Assembly (NCBI GenBank): GCA_028819345.1
Contig: JAPPLW010000099.1
Span: 3,061 to 67,060, forward strand
DNA length: 64,000 nucleotides
Direction of reading: 5' to 3'
From: a bacterium
GTDB lineage: Bacteria > Actinomycetota > Acidimicrobiia > Spongiisociales > ZC4RG35
The position numbers and the translations under genes were made by a program. Under the pieces are notes generated by a model that searched no databases, was not told the DNA's origin, and worked only from the letters and a program-made list of their open reading frames with translations. Shown here piece by piece: positions 57,316 to 64,000 of this stretch. Positions within the stretch are counted from its first letter, which is position 1. Each line of letters opens with the position of its first letter.

Positions 57316-58881
57316 ATGGGCCGTTTAGTCGTTGCCCTCGCTCTGATCCTGGCGTCATGCGGTGGGGGAACCACACCTGAACCCCCCGAGGAAGCTGCCG
57401 AAGCCGCAACCACATCCCCGGCGCCGACCACTTCCCCGAGCGGACCGGCCGCGGAAACCACGTCCACGGCGGCCTCCCCCGCCGAAACAACCCCCACCAC
57501 CTCGGCCGTCACCACTTCCACCTCGGTGGAGTCCACATCTGACACGACCCCGGCGGAGGAAACAGACTCCGTCTCCCTGGTTTCGAGCGAGGGGTACACC
57601 TTCCCGGCTCCGCCCGAGTTCCCCGAGGGCAGGATCTCGACTCAACTGCGGCATGACCTCAATGCTTTCTTCGACATTCTCGAGCACGAACGCAGATTCG
57701 CCCACATGGAGCTGCTGTCTCTCACCAACCACGACGACATCCGGGTCGCCTGGGTCCTCACCGACATACTGCGTTTCGCCAACAGCCTCGAACTCATCGA
57801 GTTGATAGGGGCCCGACTCCAGGAGATGTTGGGAGCCGAAGGGATAGCCGGGGACCCGATCGACCTGTGGAAGCGGGCCACCAACCTGCTCATCGCCTGG
57901 GACCTACCCGCTTTCCCGGATTACCCGAAGTTCAAGAAGCGCATCTTCGTACTTGTGGAACAAGGCTGGGAACCCTTCTTCAACGACCCGGAGGCCACGA
58001 TCGACTGGCGGTGGGTGAGTTGGGGCGGAGTCTTCATCGACAACCGGCCCCTCGGCGCAACCTTCCCCTGCCCCCGGGGGTGCATCCCCTCCCTGGACGA
58101 TCCGGTGGTCACCCCCGCCTCCGAAGGGGACTGGTACCCCGACGACCGGGTGGTCTTCGGCGTGACCATCAACGGGGAGTCCCGCGCCTATCCCAAGCAC
58201 CAGATGGAGATCCACGAGATGGTCAATGACACCCTGGGGGGACGGCGGATCGGGATGCCCTACTGCACCCTCTGCGGCTCGGCGCAGGCCTACTTCACCG
58301 ACGGGGTCCCCGAGGGGATCGAAGTCCCGGTGCTACGCACCTCGGGGCTCCTGAGCAGATCGAACAAGGTCATGTACGACCTCAACACCTCGTCGGTGTT
58401 CGACACCTTCACCGGTGAAGCCGTGTCAGGCCCCCTGCGGGAAGCCGGTATACGGTTGGAACAGGCCACGGTGGTGTCATCCACCTGGGGCGCCTGGAAG
58501 GAAGCCCACCCCGACACGACCATCCTGGCAGAGGACGGTGGACTCGGACGGTCCTATCCGTTCGACCCCCTGAGGGGCAGGGACGACCAGGGTCCGATCT
58601 TTCCGGTGGGAGACGTCGACACCCGCCTCGGCGTCCAGGACCTGGTGGTGGGGGTGGAGTTGCAGGATGGGAGAACCATCGCCTTCTCCCGAGAGGCCGC
58701 GCTGGCGGTGATCGACTCGGGAGGAGAGGTCACCGCAGAGGGTGTGCGGCTGATCAAGGACGGCGACGGGCTCCGGGCCATCGCGGTCTCCGACGGATCG
58801 GAGATCCCCTCACACCAGGCCTTCTGGTTCGCCTGGAGCCAATTCCGGCCCGACACCCGGTTGTGGTCTTCCCCCGGTTGA
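57316..58881 (+). CDS. DUF3179-family lipoprotein with Thr/Pro/Ser-rich linker
   Basis: MGRLVVALALILASCGG lipobox with GGAG 6 nt upstream of ATG 57316 (track ORF trimmed). Core DWYPDDRVVFGVTINGESRAYPKHQMEIHEMVNDTLGGRRIGMPYCTLCGSAQAY is the DUF3179 pattern. Confidence 0.75.
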   Translation: MGRLVVALALILASCGGGTTPEPPEEAAEAATTSPAPTTSPSGPAAETTSTAASPAETTPTTSAVTTSTSVESTSDTTPAEETDSVSLVSSEGYTFPAPPEFPEGRISTQLRHDLNAFFDILEHERRFAHMELLSLTNHDDIRVAWVLTDILRFANSLELIELIGARLQEMLGAEGIAGDPIDLWKRATNLLIAWDLPAFPDYPKFKKRIFVLVEQGWEPFFNDPEATIDWRWVSWGGVFIDNRPLGATFPCPRGCIPSLDDPVVTPASEGDWYPDDRVVFGVTINGESRAYPKHQMEIHEMVNDTLGGRRIGMPYCTLCGSAQAYFTDGVPEGIEVPVLRTSGLLSRSNKVMYDLNTSSVFDTFTGEAVSGPLREAGIRLEQATVVSSTWGAWKEAHPDTTILAEDGGLGRSYPFDPLRGRDDQGPIFPVGDVDTRLGVQDLVVGVELQDGRTIAFSREAALAVIDSGGEVTAEGVRLIKDGDGLRAIAVSDGSEIPSHQAFWFAWSQFRPDTRLWSSPG

Positions 58882-58892
58882 ACCGACCTTGG

Positions 58893-58910
58893 GGCAACCG
58901 CACCGTTGCC
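58893..58910. terminator. small hairpin between convergent DUF3179 gene and trpS
   Basis: GGCAAC - 6-nt loop - GTTGCC in the 28-nt gap between the two stops. It is weak and has no U-tract. Confidence 0.25.
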
Positions 58911-59911
58911 TAGGTTGACAACCCCACCGCTTCCCAGACGGCAGCCATCGAGACCGCGGCCCGGCGGCGGGCCTCCGCGGCGCCTTCGGACATGAGGCGC
59001 GACACTTCGGCGTCCTCCATGCCCTCGTATCGCTCCCGCACCGGCGCCATGTACTCACAGAGCGCCTCGGCCACCGCGCCCTTGAACCGACCGTACCCCT
59101 GGTCCCGGTACTCGGCGGCCAGGTCCTGAGCTGATCGGCCGGCGGCCACCGAGAACAACTCCAGCAGATTCGAGATGCCCGGCTTCTCCTCCCAGTCATA
59201 GTCCACCGTGCGTCCCGAGTCGGTTACCGCGGCGCGCACCTTGCGGCGGATCTGGTCCGCCGAGTCGGTCAGCAGCAGCCGGGACCGAACGTCTGGATCG
59301 CTCTTGGACATCTTGGAGGTCGGATCCTGGAGCGACATCACCCGCGCCCCAACCTCGGGAGTGATCCGCTCGGGAACGGGGAACACCTCTCCGAAGCGGT
59401 GGTTGAAGCGCTCCACCAGATCGCGGGTCAACTCCAGGTGCTGGCGCTGGTCGTCGCCCACCGGCACTGCGTGCACCTTGTGGATCAGGATGTCCGCCGC
59501 CATCAACACCGGATAGGACAGGAGGCCGAGGTTCTGGCCGGTGCGATCCGCTTTCTCCTTGTACTGGGTCATGCGGTTGAGCTGTCCGATACCGGTGATG
59601 GTCGACAGCACCCAGGCCAACTCGGCGTGCTGGGGTACCTGGGACTGGAAGTAGAACACCGACCGCCGGGGGTCTATCCCCGATGCCATCACCAGCTTGG
59701 CGGTCTCGAGGCGGGCGGTCCCGAAAGCGACCGGATCATAGGGAACGGTCATGGCATGGAGGTCCACCACGCAGTAGTAGGTCTCGTAGTCCTCCTGCAT
59801 CTGTGCCCAGTTGCGCAGCGCTCCCACCAGATTGCCCAGGTGAAGCTCACCAGTGGGTTGGATGCCCGAGAAAACCCTCTTCTTGGCTGCGGCCATGGAA
59901 ACAGCGCTCAT
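58910..59911 (-). CDS. trpS: tryptophan--tRNA ligase
   Basis: The track ORF (391 aa) is trimmed to MSAVSMAAAKKRVFSGIQPTGELHLGNLVG (HIGH-type motif). KMSKS is present (SKMSKSDP). The alternative ATG 59896 is equally plausible. Confidence 0.92.
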   Translation of the reverse strand: MSAVSMAAAKKRVFSGIQPTGELHLGNLVGALRNWAQMQEDYETYYCVVDLHAMTVPYDPVAFGTARLETAKLVMASGIDPRRSVFYFQSQVPQHAELAWVLSTITGIGQLNRMTQYKEKADRTGQNLGLLSYPVLMAADILIHKVHAVPVGDDQRQHLELTRDLVERFNHRFGEVFPVPERITPEVGARVMSLQDPTSKMSKSDPDVRSRLLLTDSADQIRRKVRAAVTDSGRTVDYDWEEKPGISNLLELFSVAAGRSAQDLAAEYRDQGYGRFKGAVAEALCEYMAPVRERYEGMEDAEVSRLMSEGAAEARRRAAVSMAAVWEAVGLST

Positions 59912-59920
59912 CCTAGCCAG

Positions 59921-59949
59921 TTGACATCTCCCGTCGGTCCTGCCATAAT
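59921..59949 (+). promoter_or_regulatory. sigma-70/SigA-like promoter, TTGACA-17 nt-CATAAT
   Basis: TTGACA at 59921-59926, exact 17-nt spacer, CATAAT at 59944-59949. An A (of an ATG) lies 8 nt after the -10 hexamer (7 intervening nt), at 59957. Confidence 0.55.
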
Positions 59950-59956
59950 GTCCGCC

Positions 59957-59998
59957 ATGCAGCAGATCGTCTCCCTTTCCATCATTATCGACCCATAG
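59957..59998 (+). CDS. candidate leader peptide MQQIVSLSIIIDP (Ile-rich)
   Basis: ATG CAG CAG ATC GTC TCC CTT TCC ATC ATT ATC GAC CCA TAG. There are three consecutive Ile codons plus one more Ile, one Val and one Leu. It lies between the promoter and a terminator upstream of cimA. An in-frame ATG at 59948 would add MSA but overlaps the -10 hexamer. Confidence 0.5.
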   Translation: MQQIVSLSIIIDP

Positions 59999-60026
59999 GC
60001 GCCGGCCCGCCCGAAGCCCGCGCCAA

Positions 60027-60052
60027 GCCCTCTGCCCGGCAGGGGGCTTTTT
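60027..60052 (+). terminator. intrinsic terminator / attenuator hairpin with U-tract in the cimA leader
   Basis: GCCCTCTGC(60027-60035)/GCAGGGGGC(60039-60047) forms a stem of 8-9 bp including one G-U pair. It is followed directly by TTTTT (60048-60052). No upstream plus-strand gene is available for it to terminate. Confidence 0.55.
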
Positions 60053-60074
60053 CATTGCCCCCCCGGAGAAAGCC

Positions 60075-61694
60075 ATGGCCCCCACAGTCCACCCGGAACT
60101 CGAGATCTACGACACCACCCTGCGCGACGGCGCTCAGCAGGAGGGCATCTCTCTCACCGTCTCCGACAAACTGCGGATCGCTTCCCTCCTGGACGACCTG
60201 GGAGTCCACTTCATAGAGGGTGGGTGGCCCGGCGCCTTACCGAAGGATGACGAGTTCTTTGCCCGGGCCAAGACCGAGTTGTCCCTGTCCAATAGCCAAC
60301 TCACCGCTTTCGGATCCACCCGTCGTCCCTCCCGACAGGTGGAGACCGATCCCCAGATACAAGCCTTGCTGGAGGCGGAGACCGAGATCATTTGCATCGT
60401 GGGCAAGTCCTGGGACTACCACGTCCGAGAGGCCCTTCGCACCGACCTGGACGAGGGGATCCGCATGGCCGCAGAGTCGGTGGAGTACCTGAAGTCACAC
60501 AGCAGACGGGTGTTCTTCGACGCCGAGCACTTCTTCGACGGCTATCGCACCAACCCCCGTTACGCCATGGCGGTTTTGCGGGCGGCATGGGAGGCCGGCG
60601 CCGAGCGGCTGGTGCTGTGCGACACCAACGGCGGGGCGCTGCCCATCGAGATAAACAGGATTATCGACGAGATATATCTGGCGCTGCCCGGCACCGACCT
60701 TGGAGTCCATTTCCACGACGACGCCGGATGCGCGGTGGCATCGTCGTTGGGAGCCGCGGCGCGGGGGGTGAGGCAGGTTCAGGGTTGCATAAACGGCTAT
60801 GGCGAGCGGACCGGCAACGCCAATCTGTCCACCGTCATCCCCGACCTGGTGCTGAAGATGGGCGCTCCAGTGGTGGACGAAGGGCGCCTCTCCCAGATTT
60901 CTTCTATCTCCCATCACATAGCCGAGGTGGTGAACATCACCCTCGAGCCTCACCGCCCGTACGTGGGCGCCGCGGCGTTCACGCACAAGGCCGGTTTGCA
61001 CACGTCTGCTCTGGCCCGCCGGCCCGACGCTTACGAGCACACCCGTCCCGATCTGGTGGGGAACCACACCCGGATGGTCATCTCCGAGCAGGCCGGACGG
61101 GCCGCGGTGATCAGGAGAGCGGCCTCACTGGGGCTGTCGGTCTCCCAGGATCTGGCCGGGGAGGTGCTCGGTCACATCAAGGAGATGGAACACCGCGGAT
61201 ACCAGTTCGAAGCGGCCGACGGGACCTTCGAGTTGTTGGTGAGACGCACGCTCGGCTGGAACCGGAATCTCTTCTCGGCTCACAGCTTCTCGGTCTCCAT
61301 ACAACATGACGGCGCCGATGGAGAGGTCGTCTCCCAGGCCGAGGTGGTGGTGGAAGTCGGAGGGACCCGTCACCGCACCGCGGGTACCGGGGTCGGGCCG
61401 GTCCACGCCTTGGACCAGGCCCTCCGCGCCGCTCTGATCTCCGCCTTCCCGCAACTCGACCTCCTCCGGCTGATCGACTACCGGGTGAGGGTGCTGGATT
61501 CCGCCGACGGCACCAGCGCCACCGTCCGGGTGCTGATCGAAACCACCGACGGCCTCACCTCCTGGGGGACGGTAGGAGTTCATCCCAACATCATCGAAGC
61601 GTCATGGGAGGCGCTTTCGGATGGGCTGACCGTGGGATTGCTGCGGCTCGGGGCCGCCCGGCAACCGCCCCCCAGGGATCTGTTGTCCCTCTAG
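60075..61694 (+). CDS. cimA: (R)-citramalate synthase (LeuA/HMGL-like family, short CimA type)
   Basis: 539 aa. LEIYDTTLRDGAQQEGISLTVSDKLRIASLLDDLGVHFIEGGWPGALPKDDEFFARAK...AFGSTRR resembles the Geobacter-type citramalate synthase clade rather than the long actinobacterial LeuA. A C-terminal LeuA-dimer-like regulatory domain is present. GGAGAA lies 4 nt upstream of the ATG. Confidence 0.8.
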   Translation: MAPTVHPELEIYDTTLRDGAQQEGISLTVSDKLRIASLLDDLGVHFIEGGWPGALPKDDEFFARAKTELSLSNSQLTAFGSTRRPSRQVETDPQIQALLEAETEIICIVGKSWDYHVREALRTDLDEGIRMAAESVEYLKSHSRRVFFDAEHFFDGYRTNPRYAMAVLRAAWEAGAERLVLCDTNGGALPIEINRIIDEIYLALPGTDLGVHFHDDAGCAVASSLGAAARGVRQVQGCINGYGERTGNANLSTVIPDLVLKMGAPVVDEGRLSQISSISHHIAEVVNITLEPHRPYVGAAAFTHKAGLHTSALARRPDAYEHTRPDLVGNHTRMVISEQAGRAAVIRRAASLGLSVSQDLAGEVLGHIKEMEHRGYQFEAADGTFELLVRRTLGWNRNLFSAHSFSVSIQHDGADGEVVSQAEVVVEVGGTRHRTAGTGVGPVHALDQALRAALISAFPQLDLLRLIDYRVRVLDSADGTSATVRVLIETTDGLTSWGTVGVHPNIIEASWEALSDGLTVGLLRLGAARQPPPRDLLSL

Positions 61695-62260
61695 GCGGTC
61701 AGATCGGCAGGCCGTGGCGTTACCGGCAATCCCAGCATGACCCTCACCAGATAAGCGGTGGCTCCCCACAGCCACTCCCCTGAGACGTCCATGAACCAGA
61801 GCGGCACGCCGGACCAGCTCCGAACGATCCAGTTCTCGGGGGCCGCCAGCGTCTCAAGAGAAGGAGTCAAGACTCTCTCCACTTCCTCCAGCGAAGCGTG
61901 AAAGACCGGTTCGTCCCCGATCCGAGCCACGATGCCCACCATGGGCAGGGCAAAACGCACCGTGCGGATCACCGGCAGGAAACCCAGCACCTCCACCTCT
62001 GACGGATGGATGCCCACCTCCTCATGGGTCTCACGGAGAGCCGTTTCCACCGGCCCGGCATCCTCGGCATGGGGTTTCCCGCCCGGAAAAGCGATCTGCC
62101 CTGCATGGCTGTTGAGGTTTCGGGACCGTTTGGTGAGGACCAGTCGCAGAATTCCGTCCCGGTCTGCGAAAATGGGGGCCAAGACCGCTGCCAATCCCTC
62201 TTGGGGAACGGTCGGCGCCCCGGAGGAGAAATGAAGGCGGTCCCACATAATCTTCATCAT
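61691..62260 (-). CDS. Nudix hydrolase (CoA pyrophosphatase-like)
   Basis: Nudix box GGKPHAEDAGPVETALRETHEEVGI. The track ORF (248 aa) is trimmed to MMKIMWDRL at 62260. The longer form is Arg/Gly/Pro-rich and would overlap the divergent GNAT gene start. Confidence 0.75.
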   Translation of the reverse strand: MMKIMWDRLHFSSGAPTVPQEGLAAVLAPIFADRDGILRLVLTKRSRNLNSHAGQIAFPGGKPHAEDAGPVETALRETHEEVGIHPSEVEVLGFLPVIRTVRFALPMVGIVARIGDEPVFHASLEEVERVLTPSLETLAAPENWIVRSWSGVPLWFMDVSGEWLWGATAYLVRVMLGLPVTPRPADLTA

Positions 62261-62292
62261 GGCAGGAAAGCCCTCAACAACCGAAACCCCCC

Positions 62293-62877
62293 ATGAACCC
62301 CGTCTTCCATTCCATGCCTCCCACGGTTCCCACCGAACGGCTCTGGCTGCGCCGGTTCCGGTCGGGCGACGCCCGGCCACTGCAGGAAGCGGTGACGGAG
62401 TCGATGCCCGAACTGAGCATGTGGCTCCCCTGGGCACAGGGGCTGTACGGTATGCCTCAGGCGCGGCTGTTCATCAAGAGCTCCAACCGTTCCTGGCGGC
62501 GGGGACGAGCATTCGACTTCTCGGTCACCATGAAGGACACTCCCGGCCGGGTGGTGGGAGGAGTGGGAATCTGGTACACATCCCGGATACAGCGGACCGG
62601 GGAAATCGGCTATTGGGTGAGAACCGACCTGACCGGCAAGGGTGTGGCCACCGAAGCAGCCAGGGCGTTGCTCAGCCTTGGGTTCGAGACGATGGGTCTT
62701 CACCGCATCCTCATGAGGATCGGAGTGGGGAATCATCCCAGCCGACGGGTCGCCGAGAAGCTAGGGTTCTCCTATGAGGGGATTGCCCGAGAGGAGATTA
62801 TGGTGCGAGGAAGGTGGATGGATCATGAGGTATATTCCTTATTGGAGCAAGAGTGGCAACGGTGCAAAACGATATAG
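62293..62877 (+). CDS. GNAT family N-acetyltransferase (RimJ/RimL-like)
   Basis: 194 aa. TERLWLRRFRSGDARPL...GEIGYWVRTDLTGKGVATEAARALLSLGFETMGLHRILMRIGVGNHPSRRVAEKLGF (acetyl-CoA binding Q/RxxGxG/A-like). Confidence 0.8.
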   Translation: MNPVFHSMPPTVPTERLWLRRFRSGDARPLQEAVTESMPELSMWLPWAQGLYGMPQARLFIKSSNRSWRRGRAFDFSVTMKDTPGRVVGGVGIWYTSRIQRTGEIGYWVRTDLTGKGVATEAARALLSLGFETMGLHRILMRIGVGNHPSRRVAEKLGFSYEGIAREEIMVRGRWMDHEVYSLLEQEWQRCKTI

Positions 62878-62900
62878 GGATTGACCTTCCGCCATCCTCC

Positions 62901-63977
62901 GTGGCTGTGGTCCTCGGCACCCGCCCTGAGATAATCAAGCTGGCTCACATCATCCGGCTGCTGGGACCCGTTGCGAGAGTGATCCACACCGGCCAGCACT
63001 ACGACGCCAACCTGTCAGATGTGTTCTTCGGAGCCTTCGGGTTGAATCCCCCCACCCACTACCTGGAGGTGGGAGGGGAGCATCGGGGAATCCAGATCGG
63101 AGAGGCGACCACGCGGCTGACCCGTCTGTTGGAGGATGATCCTGCCCGGGCGGTGGTGGTCCAGGGCGACACGAACGCGGTGCTGGCCGGCGCCCTTGCC
63201 GCCAACGCCACCGAGACTCCCCTGGTGCATGTCGAGGCGGGGCTCCGCAGCCATGACCGGGCCATGCCCGAGGAGCACAACCGGGTGGTATGCGATCACC
63301 TCTCCGACCTCTGCCTGGCGCCCACCAAGACCGCCGCTGCCAAGCTCGAGAAGGAGGGGATCACCGGTGATCGGGTGGCGGTCACCGGAAACACCGTGGT
63401 GGAAGCCGTGGGAACACTCCTGCCCGAAGCCGACCGACGAGCCGAAGTGTTAGCCCGCCACGGCTTGGCGCCCAACGGCTTCATCCTCTCCACTTTCCAC
63501 CGACCCGAAAACGTCGATCACCCCCAAACCTGGAGGACCATCCTCTCAGCTCTGGCCCGGCTTCCCCTGCCCGTGGTCCTGGCCCTCCATCCCCGCAGTC
63601 GCCGACGGGCAGTGTCTTTCGGCTTGGAGCCGCTCCTCGACCGGCTACAGGTGATCGATCCTATCCCCTACGCGGAGTTCCTGTCGCTTCTCGCCGAATG
63701 TGCACTGGCCGTCTCCGACTCGGGCGGGTTGCAGGAGGAGGTCTCGGTGCTGAAACGACCCATGGTGGTGGTGCGGAACTCGACCGAACGTCCCGAGGTG
63801 ATCGGCACCTTCGCCGTCCTCCGCAGACCGGGCGACCATATAGATGAAGCAGTCATCCAGATAATCGAGACGCTGGAATACACCCACAGCCGCCTGGCCG
63901 AAACCCCAACCCCCTACGGAGACGGCACCGCCTCAGTCCGTTCGGTCACCCTAATCGAAAAGCTGATAGCTGGCTAG
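62901..63977 (+). CDS. wecB: UDP-N-acetylglucosamine 2-epimerase (non-hydrolysing)
   Basis: VAVVLGTRPEIIKLAHII...HTGQHYD...VQGDTNAVLAGALAA...HVEAGLRS...DSGGLQEE. I prefer GTG 62901. The 16 codons from the track start (62853) have low third-position GC and overlap the GNAT gene. Confidence 0.88.
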   Translation: MAVVLGTRPEIIKLAHIIRLLGPVARVIHTGQHYDANLSDVFFGAFGLNPPTHYLEVGGEHRGIQIGEATTRLTRLLEDDPARAVVVQGDTNAVLAGALAANATETPLVHVEAGLRSHDRAMPEEHNRVVCDHLSDLCLAPTKTAAAKLEKEGITGDRVAVTGNTVVEAVGTLLPEADRRAEVLARHGLAPNGFILSTFHRPENVDHPQTWRTILSALARLPLPVVLALHPRSRRRAVSFGLEPLLDRLQVIDPIPYAEFLSLLAECALAVSDSGGLQEEVSVLKRPMVVVRNSTERPEVIGTFAVLRRPGDHIDEAVIQIIETLEYTHSRLAETPTPYGDGTASVRSVTLIEKLIAG

Positions 63978-64000
63978 AGACCCTCGGCAATCTCGTCATG

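Noticed and set aside
57129-57599. 156-aa minus-strand ORF (Val/Ala/Ser/Gly-rich)
   Set aside because: It lies antisense to the Thr/Pro/Ser-rich linker of the DUF3179 lipoprotein and to its promoter region. It is a low-complexity mirror of that linker.

Overview
High-GC, very gene-dense chromosomal segment with about 60 protein genes. I recognised no rRNA, tRNA, CRISPR array, transposase or prophage by eye. Gene content and order look like core genome of an Actinomycetota-type organism, possibly Acidimicrobiia-like; this is inference from synteny, GuaB3, Mec-CysO-CysM, MMPL, FO synthase and leaderless-looking starts. From left to right: malic enzyme, malate synthase, a lipoyl E2 and an aspartate carbamoyltransferase (all minus strand); an MMPL transporter; a string of SDR, cofG, cofH, PNPOx-fold protein and amidohydrolase; the conserved block ispG-rseP-cdsA-frr-pyrH-tsf-rpsB / xerC-dprA-comM / yraN-lepB-rplS-trmD; a squalene cassette hpnC-hpnD-hpnE-polyprenyl synthase followed by chrA; cysM-cysO-mec-moeZ next to folD-purH; a divergent small catabolic-looking cluster (family III CoA-transferase | cupin, ThDP enzyme, PPOX-class protein, FAD monooxygenase); a CPA2 antiporter with an RCK-USP partner; sucCD, an orphan B12-binding subunit and transaldolase; an acidic repeat lipoprotein; pcrA-guaA-guaB3; a DUF3179 lipoprotein; trpS; citramalate synthase; a Nudix hydrolase, a GNAT and wecB. 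Most long ORFs in the track that lie antisense to, or extend upstream of, these genes are high-GC artefacts, and I corrected several starts. I see no clearly new multi-gene system. The most interesting items are: (1) a candidate Ile-codon leader-peptide attenuator in front of citramalate synthase; (2) a lipoprotein built from four tandem PPC-like repeats with a 102-bp perfect DNA identity between two repeats; (3) an unexplained ~245-residue N-terminal domain on CofH; (4) a rhodanese-first MoeZ inside a complete CysO sulfur-carrier operon. All function calls rest on motif and family recognition by eye; no database search was run.
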